Positions 18,350 to 27,275 of a DNA stretch of 64,000 nt are shown piece by piece. The notes under the pieces are model-generated. The model was given only the letters and a program-made list of their open reading frames with translations, had not been told where the DNA came from and ran no database searches. The translations under genes and the position numbers were made by a program. Within the stretch, counting starts at the first letter, position 1. Each line of letters begins with the position of its first letter. Where the stretch lies: the IMG/VR virus record IMGVR_UViG_3300038428_000220; one strand, 5' to 3'. The DNA is from an uncultured virus (IMG/VR IMGVR_UViG_3300038428_000220). Lineage: Duplodnaviria; Heunggongvirae; Uroviricota; Caudoviricetes.

Positions 18350-18987
18350 CGCAAGGCGTCCTCGATCGACATTTTGGGGAAACACTCGATAGCGCTGTGG
18401 GGACTCGCGTTGACGACGTCGACGCCCAGACTACGGCACGCAGCCGCGGCGTCAACAAAATCGCGCGCCCAGGTCGCCCAGTTGCTGGCCGTCACGGCGC
18501 GCCACGTGTAGGCGTCGTGATAATGGTGCCGCCCGTCAATCAGCCCGTAATCGTACCCCAGCAGCACAATGCGCTTGGCGCGCTTAAGCACGGCCAGATT
18601 CAGCGCCGCATAGCCTGACGTGTGGCCGCGGCGCAGCACGGCCGGGTCGATCGACAGTCCAGGTTGCGGCTCGTTGCGCAGGTTAATCGCCCCCGCGACC
18701 GGGGGCACCTCGCGCCACCATTCGCTGCCCATGGACAGGTACAGCTGCGTGGTGCCGGCAAAGGCCGTCAGATCGCGCCAGCGCTCTTTGACAAAGCGCA
18801 GGTCGATCGACACCCCGGCGGCGACCGGCAGGTGGAGCATGCTTTCGTTGACGCCGCACAGGTGGCCCAGGCCGCACAGGCGCTTAAGATCGAAGCCGGC
18901 CAGCGACGGGCCGCCGCCGACCAGGAACACGGTTTTGTCGCCCCACCAGGGCGGGCCGACGCAGCCGGGTGTCGGGATAATGACCAT
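18343..18987 (-). CDS. MAF/DUF115-like glycosyltransferase-fold protein
   Basis: VFLVGGGPSL, VN, TSGYAALNLA...IVLLGYDY, VVNASPHSAIECFPK. Confidence 0.7.
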   Translation of the reverse strand: MVIIPTPGCVGPPWWGDKTVFLVGGGPSLAGFDLKRLCGLGHLCGVNESMLHLPVAAGVSIDLRFVKERWRDLTAFAGTTQLYLSMGSEWWREVPPVAGAINLRNEPQPGLSIDPAVLRRGHTSGYAALNLAVLKRAKRIVLLGYDYGLIDGRHHYHDAYTWRAVTASNWATWARDFVDAAAACRSLGVDVVNASPHSAIECFPKMSIEDALRW

Positions 18988-19002
18988 GCGGGCGTCTTGT
19001 GC

Positions 19003-19039
19003 AAAAAAGTGCCGCCGGAGCCTACTAAGAACCGGCGGC
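19003..19039 (-). terminator. intrinsic terminator after the lysis region
   Basis: GCCGCCGG/CCGGCGGC stem, then ACTTTTTT on the minus strand. Confidence 0.7.
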
Positions 19040-19078
19040 CAGTCTTACGCTCAGCGGGAGGAATGTCCTTCTCTACGC

Positions 19079-19198
19079 CTAGCGCCAATAAACCACAAGC
19101 ATCCCGAACGCTGCCGCAGCGATGATGCCGATTATGAATCGCGACACAAACGGCCGCGGCGGCAGCGGTTTATGCAGGTCGGGTGATTTGCGGGTCAT
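19079..19198 (-). CDS. 39-aa membrane peptide (not in ORF track)
   Basis: MTRKSPDLHKPLPPRPFVSRFIIGIIAAAAFGMLVVYWR; ATGA overlap. Confidence 0.55.
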   Translation of the reverse strand: MTRKSPDLHKPLPPRPFVSRFIIGIIAAAAFGMLVVYWR

Positions 19199-19713
19199 CG
19201 GCTGGCGTACCGAGCGGCGTGCGGATTGACTATCGTGTAGCCGGATATGCTCCGCTGGTGCAGCCGCGATTGATGGCCACCGCTGTTATAATCCGCAATC
19301 AGCCACACTGACCCGCCGACGTAGCTCCGCAGGACAAAGACGTGGTGCGATCTGACGCCGACCATGCCGGGGGCCGGTGACGTTCGGGGAAACCGATACC
19401 AAGCCGATGCCGGCCAAAGGGATCGTATTGCGCTGCCAAATACCTCTACAGCCGCCCCACAGGCACAAAAGGCCCTAGCCGGGCAGCCCGCAGGATGAGG
19501 CAGAAACGACTCATCGAAGCTATTGGCTATACGGGTATGGGCACGCCTCGAATAACGCACCATGGGCGATTTGTGGGCCAAATTCCAGCTAGCGTCATAG
19601 ACGCGGTGGTGGTGTCGGTAGTGGTGATGATGCCGGGCCTCGGCCGGGGCCGAAAAGGCGAAGGTGACGACCGCCAGGGCGGCCAGGGTGACCCGCGAGA
19701 TTCGCATTGTCAT
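19195..19713 (-). CDS. exported CHAP/NlpC-like Cys-His protein
   Basis: Signal peptide, His-rich linker, AFCACGA ... PAPGMV ... HHVFVL ... DYNSG. Confidence 0.55.
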   Translation of the reverse strand: MTMRISRVTLAALAVVTFAFSAPAEARHHHHYRHHHRVYDASWNLAHKSPMVRYSRRAHTRIANSFDESFLPHPAGCPARAFCACGAAVEVFGSAIRSLWPASAWYRFPRTSPAPGMVGVRSHHVFVLRSYVGGSVWLIADYNSGGHQSRLHQRSISGYTIVNPHAARYASR

Positions 19714-19869
19714 TGCCTCGTAGTTCGTGTCGATTTTTATGCCCCTGCTAGATGGGCGAGAAAGTCGACATTGGGTTGCGGGGCGCGCGTCTGAGCGCGG
19801 ACGATATGAACTCGTGGATCCCCTTGGTTGTGGGGGATGCTGGATAATAGCCGCGTCGGGCCGGCAGGC

Positions 19870-20286
19870 CTATAGGGCAAACCAGACGCCGAAGGCCACC
19901 GAAAATAATGCTACCCAGACCCACGCCCGTGCCCCGCACCCAACGGGCATGACGCTGCGCACCCAGCAGACTGCACCCCATAATGTGATCGCGGTGCTGA
20001 CGACCAGCATAACCTGCGCCCAATAGCTAAACGTCGCCGACTGCTCGTGGTGGTTTGTCATATGACGCCACACCCACAGCATGTCGTTTTTCATGCCAAT
20101 GCCGAAGAACAGCAGCACGGTCGCCCAGGCAGCCTTGGCCTCAAGTCTGATTCCGACAAAACTGTATGAATTTTCGCGCCACAGCCGGTGCAGATAAAAC
20201 AGCGCCGACAGCATCATAGCCAGCAGCATGGGGGCCAACGCGCCGTCGACCGCCTCGATAAGCGGGCCCGGGACCGCGTCGTTCAT
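19870..20286 (-). CDS. four-TM membrane protein
   Basis: Four hydrophobic segments. Confidence 0.65.
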   Translation of the reverse strand: MNDAVPGPLIEAVDGALAPMLLAMMLSALFYLHRLWRENSYSFVGIRLEAKAAWATVLLFFGIGMKNDMLWVWRHMTNHHEQSATFSYWAQVMLVVSTAITLWGAVCWVRSVMPVGCGARAWVWVALFSVAFGVWFAL

Positions 20287-20501
20287 TGCACCGGCCTGAC
20301 TGCCCGGCGGCCGCGGCTGCGCTTGCTTTGGCAATCTTGGCGCTGCCCGTGCAGCAAGCGGCTGAATTCGTCGGCCCGTTCTTGAATCCTGGTCGAGCTG
20401 GCCACAATCGACTGCGTGGCCGCCGCCGAGGCGGTCACGCTGGCCGACACCGCAAAGGCCGCCTTGATTGCTGCTGCCGTTTGGGTAAGCAGACTTTTCA
20501 T
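20283..20501 (-). CDS. hypothetical protein
   Basis: ATGA-coupled on both sides. Confidence 0.55.
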   Translation of the reverse strand: MKSLLTQTAAAIKAAFAVSASVTASAAATQSIVASSTRIQERADEFSRLLHGQRQDCQSKRSRGRRAVRPVQ

Positions 20502-20722
20502 CGGCCGCGCGTTCTGATGTTCGAATCCTTGACCGTATCGATCAGGAAGCCAAGCGTTTTGTCGATGGACGTCATGGCGATTGCGATGGCTTCACTGCGT
20601 GTGCTGGCGTCGTTTTGCTGGCGCACCAGCTGCCGCCATACGATCAGCGCAACCGCGAGGCCGACCATAAGACCGGCGCCGAATGAGCCACCGTATTGCA
20701 GCGCTGGCTGTAGAACGTCCAT
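20498..20722 (-). CDS. single-TM holin-like protein
   Basis: One TM plus amphipathic tail, in the lysis region. Confidence 0.5.
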   Translation of the reverse strand: MDVLQPALQYGGSFGAGLMVGLAVALIVWRQLVRQQNDASTRSEAIAIAMTSIDKTLGFLIDTVKDSNIRTRGR

Positions 20723-20723
20723 G

Positions 20724-21407
20724 TCACCCCCCCGTTCCCTCGTTTCGCTTGCCGGGGGCGGCACGATATAACTGCATGTGGTGATATCTAAAAGCACTGT
20801 GGTCAGTCGCCGGCGGTGACTGGCTGACATGGATAAGCGGGCTCGGCCTGACCCACGGCCACCGCGGAGGAATCGGGAATGGGACCTCAGTAATTAAGTC
20901 GTGGCCATCGTCGTCGCCGTTGCAATAGCTGGACTGCCACGGGATTGGCGACAGCATGTCGCTGAATGACGCAAAGCCGGTGAACGGTTCTCCAAACACC
21001 ACGCGGCCGCTCGGTACGTCGCCGTCTAGGATGGCAAGCCCGCACAGCACGTTGGCGCGCGACGCGCCGAGCGAGTGACCTCCGACGCGCATGGGCTTGC
21101 TTGGTCGCCGCAGCGCTTTGATTTTAGTGTAGGCCCCGGGCATGCCGATCAGGAATCCGTCGTGCACCTCGTTAAGCGTCGAGTGCAGCGTCGGCTTTGC
21201 GATAAAGTCGAAGTCGTCCAGCCACTCTGCAAAATTATCGGTGCCGCGGAAAATAACCAAGTCCTCGTCGTCGGCCTGCACGACGCCGAAGCAAACGCCG
21301 GTTAGGCCGCCGCCTGGCTCATAATGCGACCACCCAACCGAGGGCTCGCCCGGGTAGGCGTAAATGCCGCAACACAAGTCGGCAATGCCCTGGTCGGTGG
21401 CAACCAT
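20724..21407 (-). CDS. class 3 lipase (alpha/beta hydrolase)
   Basis: VIFRGT, VHDGF, GHSLG nucleophile elbow, FGEP, DLITEVP, HHMQLY. Confidence 0.88.
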   Translation of the reverse strand: MVATDQGIADLCCGIYAYPGEPSVGWSHYEPGGGLTGVCFGVVQADDEDLVIFRGTDNFAEWLDDFDFIAKPTLHSTLNEVHDGFLIGMPGAYTKIKALRRPSKPMRVGGHSLGASRANVLCGLAILDGDVPSGRVVFGEPFTGFASFSDMLSPIPWQSSYCNGDDDGHDLITEVPFPIPPRWPWVRPSPLIHVSQSPPATDHSAFRYHHMQLYRAAPGKRNEGTGG

Positions 21408-21420
21408 TAAAGCTGACCTT

Positions 21421-22137
21421 TTAGTATTTCAGCGTAAAGCCAACCTCGGCGGCGTTGCCAAGCTTCACGCCCGTCGCCGGGCCGACCGACAGCCCGGTGC
21501 TTTGCAAGACCCACTGCGCGGTCACGTCCGCGACCACGCCGTTGCTCAACCGCGATTCGAGCCCGATACCGATGCCGGGCGATATCAGCCAATCGCGGTT
21601 TTGTGCGAATCCGAAAGTTGCGCTCACGTCCTGTTCGTGCAGCGACACGAAGATGAATGGATATTGTGGTCCCTGGGTCACGCCCGCCGGCAACGCCGGC
21701 AACGCCGGGACCGATAGCCCGCTGGTCAGGCTCGGGAACAAGTTAAGCATTGACGACAGCGGGCTGCCGACGCCGGCGCGCTGCTCAAAGTGCAGCGGAC
21801 CGGTCAGCGCGAGCCCGTTCTGCGTGCCGTTAAGCCCGGCCCAGTCAAAGTTGCCCTCGACGAACCAGAACGTCCCCGGCGTAGTGCCAAACGGGCAGCC
21901 ATAGCCAAGCGTCAAGCCGACGTCGCCCTGGATGATCGACGCGCCAGGGGGGCCGCCGCTGATCGTGCCGGCGCCGCCGAGCGTGTTGAGGCCGAAATAC
22001 ATACCGCACTGGCCAGCCACATAGCCGGACAGCAGATTGGACTTTGGCTGCTTGGCCGGCATGTCGGCAGCACCGGCAAGCGCCGGGACAAACAATGAGG
22101 CAGCAATCGCGAGTAGAAAGATTTTACTTTTCTGCAT
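21421..22137 (-). CDS. outer-membrane beta-barrel protein (rhizobial Omp-like)
   Basis: Signal peptide + AADMPAK start, amphipathic strands, terminal VGFTLKY. Confidence 0.72.
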   Translation of the reverse strand: MQKSKIFLLAIAASLFVPALAGAADMPAKQPKSNLLSGYVAGQCGMYFGLNTLGGAGTISGGPPGASIIQGDVGLTLGYGCPFGTTPGTFWFVEGNFDWAGLNGTQNGLALTGPLHFEQRAGVGSPLSSMLNLFPSLTSGLSVPALPALPAGVTQGPQYPFIFVSLHEQDVSATFGFAQNRDWLISPGIGIGLESRLSNGVVADVTAQWVLQSTGLSVGPATGVKLGNAAEVGFTLKY

Positions 22138-22168
22138 AGTGGTACGCTCCTGGGGTTGGACTCTGGTC

Positions 22169-22894
22169 TTAAGCAGTAAGTGGCGGCTGTACGATCGGTG
22201 CAGGCTTGGGCTGTGCCGCGTCGACGACAGCGGCAGCGGCCGGAGGATTAGGCACCGGGCCAGCATTTGGCTGTTGTGCCGGTGCAGCCGCTGGTGCCGC
22301 AGTTGACGCCGTTGCGTGCGCCTGCGCGATAATCGCGGCGCCGGCCGGCACCTGCGGGATCGCGTCAACGATTTTGTCCTCTAGCAGTTTGGCCGCGCCT
22401 GGCGCGTCAAGGCCGAAATGCGCCAGCGCGTCAGGTATGCGCGTGATCGCGCTGTTAACCTCGGCCGCCATGGCCGCGCTGCCCACGGTGACGGTCTTGC
22501 CCTGCATTTGCACCGCGCCGGCGGCGACCAGCGAGCTGGCGGCGTTCTCCAAAAACTTGGTCAGGGCGTCGCGTTGACCTTGGTCGATCGTCACGCCGAG
22601 TTTTGTCTTGAAAATCCAGCCGACCCAGCCGACGCCGCCGACAATCAGCGCTTGCACGACGGCGTCGACATAAGGCTGCAGCACGGTACCGAAGGCCTGA
22701 CCGATATTGATTATGCCCCCGCCGGCTTGTGCCGGGGCCTGCACGGCTACGGTCATAGGTGCGGTGCTGTCCCAGCCCGCCTGGGCCACGGTCTTTTGCA
22801 CCGTCGTGGACGCGGGCGCAGATGGCGCCTGCGCAAACGCCACAGCTGGTGCGAAAGCGATAAATGCAGCCGCAAGGAAACGAATGATTTTCAT
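22169..22894 (-). CDS. holin-like membrane protein
   Basis: Signal peptide, TM, GVTIDQGQRDAL...A; adjacent to the endolysin. Confidence 0.5.
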   Translation of the reverse strand: MKIIRFLAAAFIAFAPAVAFAQAPSAPASTTVQKTVAQAGWDSTAPMTVAVQAPAQAGGGIINIGQAFGTVLQPYVDAVVQALIVGGVGWVGWIFKTKLGVTIDQGQRDALTKFLENAASSLVAAGAVQMQGKTVTVGSAAMAAEVNSAITRIPDALAHFGLDAPGAAKLLEDKIVDAIPQVPAGAAIIAQAHATASTAAPAAAPAQQPNAGPVPNPPAAAAVVDAAQPKPAPIVQPPLTA

Positions 22895-22907
22895 GTGGTC
22901 CCCCGAA

Positions 22908-23831
22908 TCAGGTCAACGCGGCGACGGCCTTTTCTATCTCAGGCTGCGTCACTCTACCACATTTCCCGTCATCTAAAAGGTCGCCATGCGCGCGCTGGAA
23001 TCCACGCACGGCCTGCTTGGTCGCCTGCCCATAATCGCCGTCGACGGTCAACGGGAAAGCACCAGGTGGATGCAGCTCGGCCAAGGCGCCCAAAATCGCG
23101 TCCCGATAGGGCTCATGCTGACCCAGCAGATTCATTTGCGCCTGCACCCATGCGTTGTCGTGCAACGCGGCGGGCGTCACCGGCGGCGGCATGGCAGGGT
23201 GCGTCGCTTCGGTCGGCATGTCTGGCGTGTACAGGCTGCGCAGTTCTGGGTCGGCCGCCAGCATGCGCGCAAACAGCACCGCGGTGCCAAGCTGATGGTC
23301 CCACGCGCTCGGGTCCCAGCGGCCGTCGCCGACAAACTTGCCGCCCAGATACTGGTCGCTGCCGGCCCACACGTAGGCTGACGGCACGCCGTGGAAATAA
23401 TACCCGGCGCCATTCCACAATTCCTCTTTGGTCAGCATGCCTGGGATCGACCAGTCGGTCCATTGGTTGACGTGATCGCACGCCACTAGACCGTCGATAG
23501 CCGCAGCCTCAAATGTAAAAGGCGGCTCGGCCGGGGGCGGAATGCGACCAGCCGGCACGTTAACAGATCGGCACGCGAGAGGATCGCCTTGTGCTAGGCT
23601 GCGTTCCCAATTGCCGCTCGACTCGCGCTCGTGCGCCAATGCGATGAAAGCCGACCCGCATTCAACAGGTAGACCAGCAGCTGCGGCGATCGCCTGGTAT
23701 CGCGGCTTTGTCGTCGGCGTCCACAAGCGCGTGACGACACGGTCAATCTGCGCAATTAATTTGGGATGCACGCGCATGTTTTGCCAGCGCGATGCGTTGG
23801 CCGCAGTTAACGAAACGATATTAACCTGCAT
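22908..23831 (-). CDS. endolysin (lysozyme-like catalytic domain + peptidoglycan-binding domain)
   Basis: HERESSG, LAQGDPL, SAYVWAGSDQY.GGKFVGDG; C-terminal VDGDYGQATKQAVRGFQ...DG.CG..T. Confidence 0.88.
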   Translation of the reverse strand: MQVNIVSLTAANASRWQNMRVHPKLIAQIDRVVTRLWTPTTKPRYQAIAAAAGLPVECGSAFIALAHERESSGNWERSLAQGDPLACRSVNVPAGRIPPPAEPPFTFEAAAIDGLVACDHVNQWTDWSIPGMLTKEELWNGAGYYFHGVPSAYVWAGSDQYLGGKFVGDGRWDPSAWDHQLGTAVLFARMLAADPELRSLYTPDMPTEATHPAMPPPVTPAALHDNAWVQAQMNLLGQHEPYRDAILGALAELHPPGAFPLTVDGDYGQATKQAVRGFQRAHGDLLDDGKCGRVTQPEIEKAVAALT

Positions 23832-23927
23832 GATATCGATCCTTTTATTAGGAACGGCCAGCTATCTTAAAGTCGCCATGCGGCCAGAGCGCGTGCATCA
23901 TGTCGAGGGAGATCATTCCTTTTTCTC

Positions 23928-24152
23928 CTACTTGCTCTCAAGTTCCTTGATGCGCGCCTGAGCCTTGGCGAGATCGTCGGTTTGCTTCGCGAGTTGCACA
24001 TTGGCCGTATCAATCATTTTAGCTAGCTGCGTATTCGTATTTCCGCAGGCGGTATAAAGTTGCTCTTGAACTGTTGGCTGCGGTCCCTGCTGCGCGAAAG
24101 CAGGAGAAACCGCAAATAGCGCCAGCGCGATCACAAGATGCCTAAGTTTCAT
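23928..24152 (-). CDS. small exported coiled-coil protein
   Basis: Signal/TM segment followed by heptads. Confidence 0.6.
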   Translation of the reverse strand: MKLRHLVIALALFAVSPAFAQQGPQPTVQEQLYTACGNTNTQLAKMIDTANVQLAKQTDDLAKAQARIKELESK

Positions 24153-27100
24153 CGGGTTGCCCTCTTCAATTCGTTGATCTCGGCGCGCATGTTGTCGTTG
24201 TCTGCCTTGAGTTGCTGGATGGCATGTAGGCCGATAAACAACAACGCACCAGAATCATAGTTGATTGTCTCACCCTTAACGTCGTGCCTGGCAATGTCCG
24301 GCAACACCGCTTCAACATTCTGCGCCGTTGTGCCGTATTGCTTGTGCGCGCCGTTATCACCATAGCCATCCAGATATCGGTAGTTCACGAAATCGATTTT
24401 CATGAGGTCATCGATACCGGCAACCATCGGCGCGAATGCTGTCTTGAACTGCCGACCGGACGTGCCCAAACAAATGCCGAGAGCGCCGGTGCCGGTATAT
24501 AGCAGCCCCGTGGCGGCGACGCGGCAGACCGTTGCGTCGGTCTGCGCCGTATCTGCGGCCATCGTAATCACGTTCAACGTGTCGGTGAAGATTGCTCCGG
24601 CGTTGCCGAAGCCGCCCAAATTGACAATATTACCAGTTGTTTTCGAGGTTGATACCGTTGTTGCTGGAAAACTCGCGTTGCCTACGTTGTTGATCCTCAT
24701 GCCCCCAGCGCCGGTAGCCCAAGGCGCAATGACAAAGTTCCCTGTATCTGATGCATTGTTGGAAAATATAATGCCACTATCCCCCGCTTGAACAATATTA
24801 TTCAATGATCCAGCACCCATTCCGGTGGACAAGAAATACCATTTGTTATTTGCGCTTCGGACTTCAATCCCGTCAGTCCCACTGTCACTGTTGGGTATTG
24901 CCACATACATCGTCTTGTCATTGGGATTTGACGTGTTAGCGCCTCCCGCCCAATGTCCAGATGTGTCGATCTGCCAACGAGTTGATTGGCTCCCGGTTTT
25001 GAAAACGATTGAATCGGACGTGCCAGTGCCCGACGTACTTTCCAGCGTCAACGATGAACTTGCAGCCGCGCCACCAATGGTAATTGGGGCAGACATCGAA
25101 GTCGTGAAAGTGCCAACAGGTCCAACGAACGATGTCCCGGCATAAATTGTTCGTGGTGCAAGCGTCGTGGCGTTCGTTCCGATATCGAGCGTGTTCGTGG
25201 TGGAGAACCCAATTCCGCCAGTGAACGTGCCACCAGCTAATGGCATGTAGTTGGCGATGGTAGCTGAGCATCCGGTTCCGACACCAGATAGGTCAGAACA
25301 TGCCGCTTGTGCAAACGTGCCGCTGCCGTCCGATTTGATCGCTCCCGTTACTGCCCCAGGGTCGGTGGCTATCGTCAAATTGGCACCAAGTTTCAGCGTC
25401 CGTGAACCGTTAACTACGTCGACGGTGACGGCGCGGGCGGCCGTCAATGCCGACGATGAAGTGGCTGAAATAGTTGTGTCGTAGGTCGCGCCATCGCGGA
25501 GGCCAAGCGACGCCGCTGCCGTTATCCCGCCTAAGATTTGAGCCGGAGCGCCGTTTCCTAGATTAATGTAATCGCCACCGCTTACACTGTTGATCCGTAA
25601 ATGAGCACCATCGTTGTTGATGCCCCACGTCTGCGTTCCGTTGGTGATGCGGAGATTGTCGCTACTACCATTGGAGATAGTTTGTGATGTCGTGGCAGCA
25701 AGGGCGGCGCGTTGCGCATTGACGTTTGCTGCGCCTACTTGATCCGTAACAAGCTGGTGAGAAACGGCCAATCCTTGCGAGACATACGCCGAATTGTCGG
25801 TGTAAGGGAAATACGAACCTGTGCCGGCAGTCGGAGCAGGCGTGCCGTTTTCGGTATCGACCGAATAAATTATGTTGCTTACGCCAGATGTGACGCCGCC
25901 CGTATCGGTCCCTTCGGCATAAGTGGCCCCGGTGCCGGTAATATGCCAAATTGTATTTCCACTACCACCGACAGGATGCGCGGCTGTGTTGCCGCGTAAA
26001 ATTAAATTTTGCCCGGTTCCGGTAACAACCACTCGGATCGATGCGATGTCGTTGTTGTCAGCCGAGATGGCATCGACGCAGTGGCCATTTGTAATCTGAC
26101 AAGAAAACTTGGCACCGACATTGAATGAAAAATTAGCATTTGATGACCCGCTTAATTTGTAACACGTTGCGGCCTGTGCCGGGGCACCGTCAAGCTGTCG
26201 GCAAAACAAATCGATATCGGCATATTGCACATCAGCGGCCTCGCCAACATCCGTTCCGGTGATGCCTGATGTGAAAAGAACGGACTCTGATCCAACGCTA
26301 TCGACAAGGTTAAGGTGATAGATACCGCCACGAACGGTATCGACTTCAAGCAATCGCGTAGCAATGGAATTTCCAAGTACGCGCATGTTTGCGAAGCCGC
26401 CGCCGCTATTGACGGATTGCAGAACACCATTGTACGGCGTGCGATGTTTAAGGACGGTTCCCGCGAATGTCGGCGTGATCGTTACGCAATAGTTTGGCCC
26501 GCTCAGATCATGAAATGTCGGTAGAGTGCTGGCTGGTCCGGTGACTAGAATTTGCGAATATTGATTGTCGATGGTCGATGCAATTTGATAGGTTCCACAA
26601 GGCAGCGTTAGAACTCCGCCGCCAGCAGCGTTGATGGCCGTTAGAGCAGCCGCAAAGCCAGTCGAATTTGCCATATCACTATTGCTCGCAGATATTCCAA
26701 ACTGATTGGCGTACCAGTTTGTGCCGCCGTAAATTCCTGGAACATAGGCCGTCGCCCCAGAGTTCATTACCGGGACTTGGCCAGGCGTCGCCGCCGCCTG
26801 CGAGCCGCCGAGGCCGCCGAGCGACAAAGGCACGGTCGTCAGTCCGATTGTCGCGGTCGGTCCACTGAACGACACCGTGACCGGCGAGGTGACCACAAGA
26901 TTCGTGGAGCTGATCGGCGCCGTATAAACGCCAGTTGCCGGATCAAGGTATCCGATCAGGGCGCGCACGCCGGTCGAGCCGACCCATTTGTACCACTGAT
27001 ACGGCGATGTGCCGACGACCAAACAGTCCTCGAATACGTAGCCAGTCGGGCACGTTGTGACCGACGACTGTGAATGACCGGCAATGATCGCATTGATATC

Positions 27101-27256
27101 GCTAGCGGCGGCCGCGAAATTGTTGCGCATTGGCGCGGATTGCAGCGGCGCACCGGTGATCGGAATGTTTTCGTTAATGGTGCTTTGCGCGTGCACCGGC
27201 GCGATCAGAGCAACCACGATAGCGAGCGAGGCCGCTAGCCTTATGAATTGACGCAT
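24149..27256 (-). CDS. tail fibre/spike with beta-helix-like region and C-terminal intramolecular chaperone (S74-like)
   Basis: AALTAINAAGGGVLTLPCGTY pectate-lyase-like start; TSGRQFK...GTTAQNVEAVLP...AIQQLK. Confidence 0.85.
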   Translation of the reverse strand: MRQFIRLAASLAIVVALIAPVHAQSTINENIPITGAPLQSAPMRNNFAAAASDINAIIAGHSQSSVTTCPTGYVFEDCLVVGTSPYQWYKWVGSTGVRALIGYLDPATGVYTAPISSTNLVVTSPVTVSFSGPTATIGLTTVPLSLGGLGGSQAAATPGQVPVMNSGATAYVPGIYGGTNWYANQFGISASNSDMANSTGFAAALTAINAAGGGVLTLPCGTYQIASTIDNQYSQILVTGPASTLPTFHDLSGPNYCVTITPTFAGTVLKHRTPYNGVLQSVNSGGGFANMRVLGNSIATRLLEVDTVRGGIYHLNLVDSVGSESVLFTSGITGTDVGEAADVQYADIDLFCRQLDGAPAQAATCYKLSGSSNANFSFNVGAKFSCQITNGHCVDAISADNNDIASIRVVVTGTGQNLILRGNTAAHPVGGSGNTIWHITGTGATYAEGTDTGGVTSGVSNIIYSVDTENGTPAPTAGTGSYFPYTDNSAYVSQGLAVSHQLVTDQVGAANVNAQRAALAATTSQTISNGSSDNLRITNGTQTWGINNDGAHLRINSVSGGDYINLGNGAPAQILGGITAAASLGLRDGATYDTTISATSSSALTAARAVTVDVVNGSRTLKLGANLTIATDPGAVTGAIKSDGSGTFAQAACSDLSGVGTGCSATIANYMPLAGGTFTGGIGFSTTNTLDIGTNATTLAPRTIYAGTSFVGPVGTFTTSMSAPITIGGAAASSSLTLESTSGTGTSDSIVFKTGSQSTRWQIDTSGHWAGGANTSNPNDKTMYVAIPNSDSGTDGIEVRSANNKWYFLSTGMGAGSLNNIVQAGDSGIIFSNNASDTGNFVIAPWATGAGGMRINNVGNASFPATTVSTSKTTGNIVNLGGFGNAGAIFTDTLNVITMAADTAQTDATVCRVAATGLLYTGTGALGICLGTSGRQFKTAFAPMVAGIDDLMKIDFVNYRYLDGYGDNGAHKQYGTTAQNVEAVLPDIARHDVKGETINYDSGALLFIGLHAIQQLKADNDNMRAEINELKRATR

Positions 27257-27275
27257 TGAGTGTCGTCCTCTGTCG

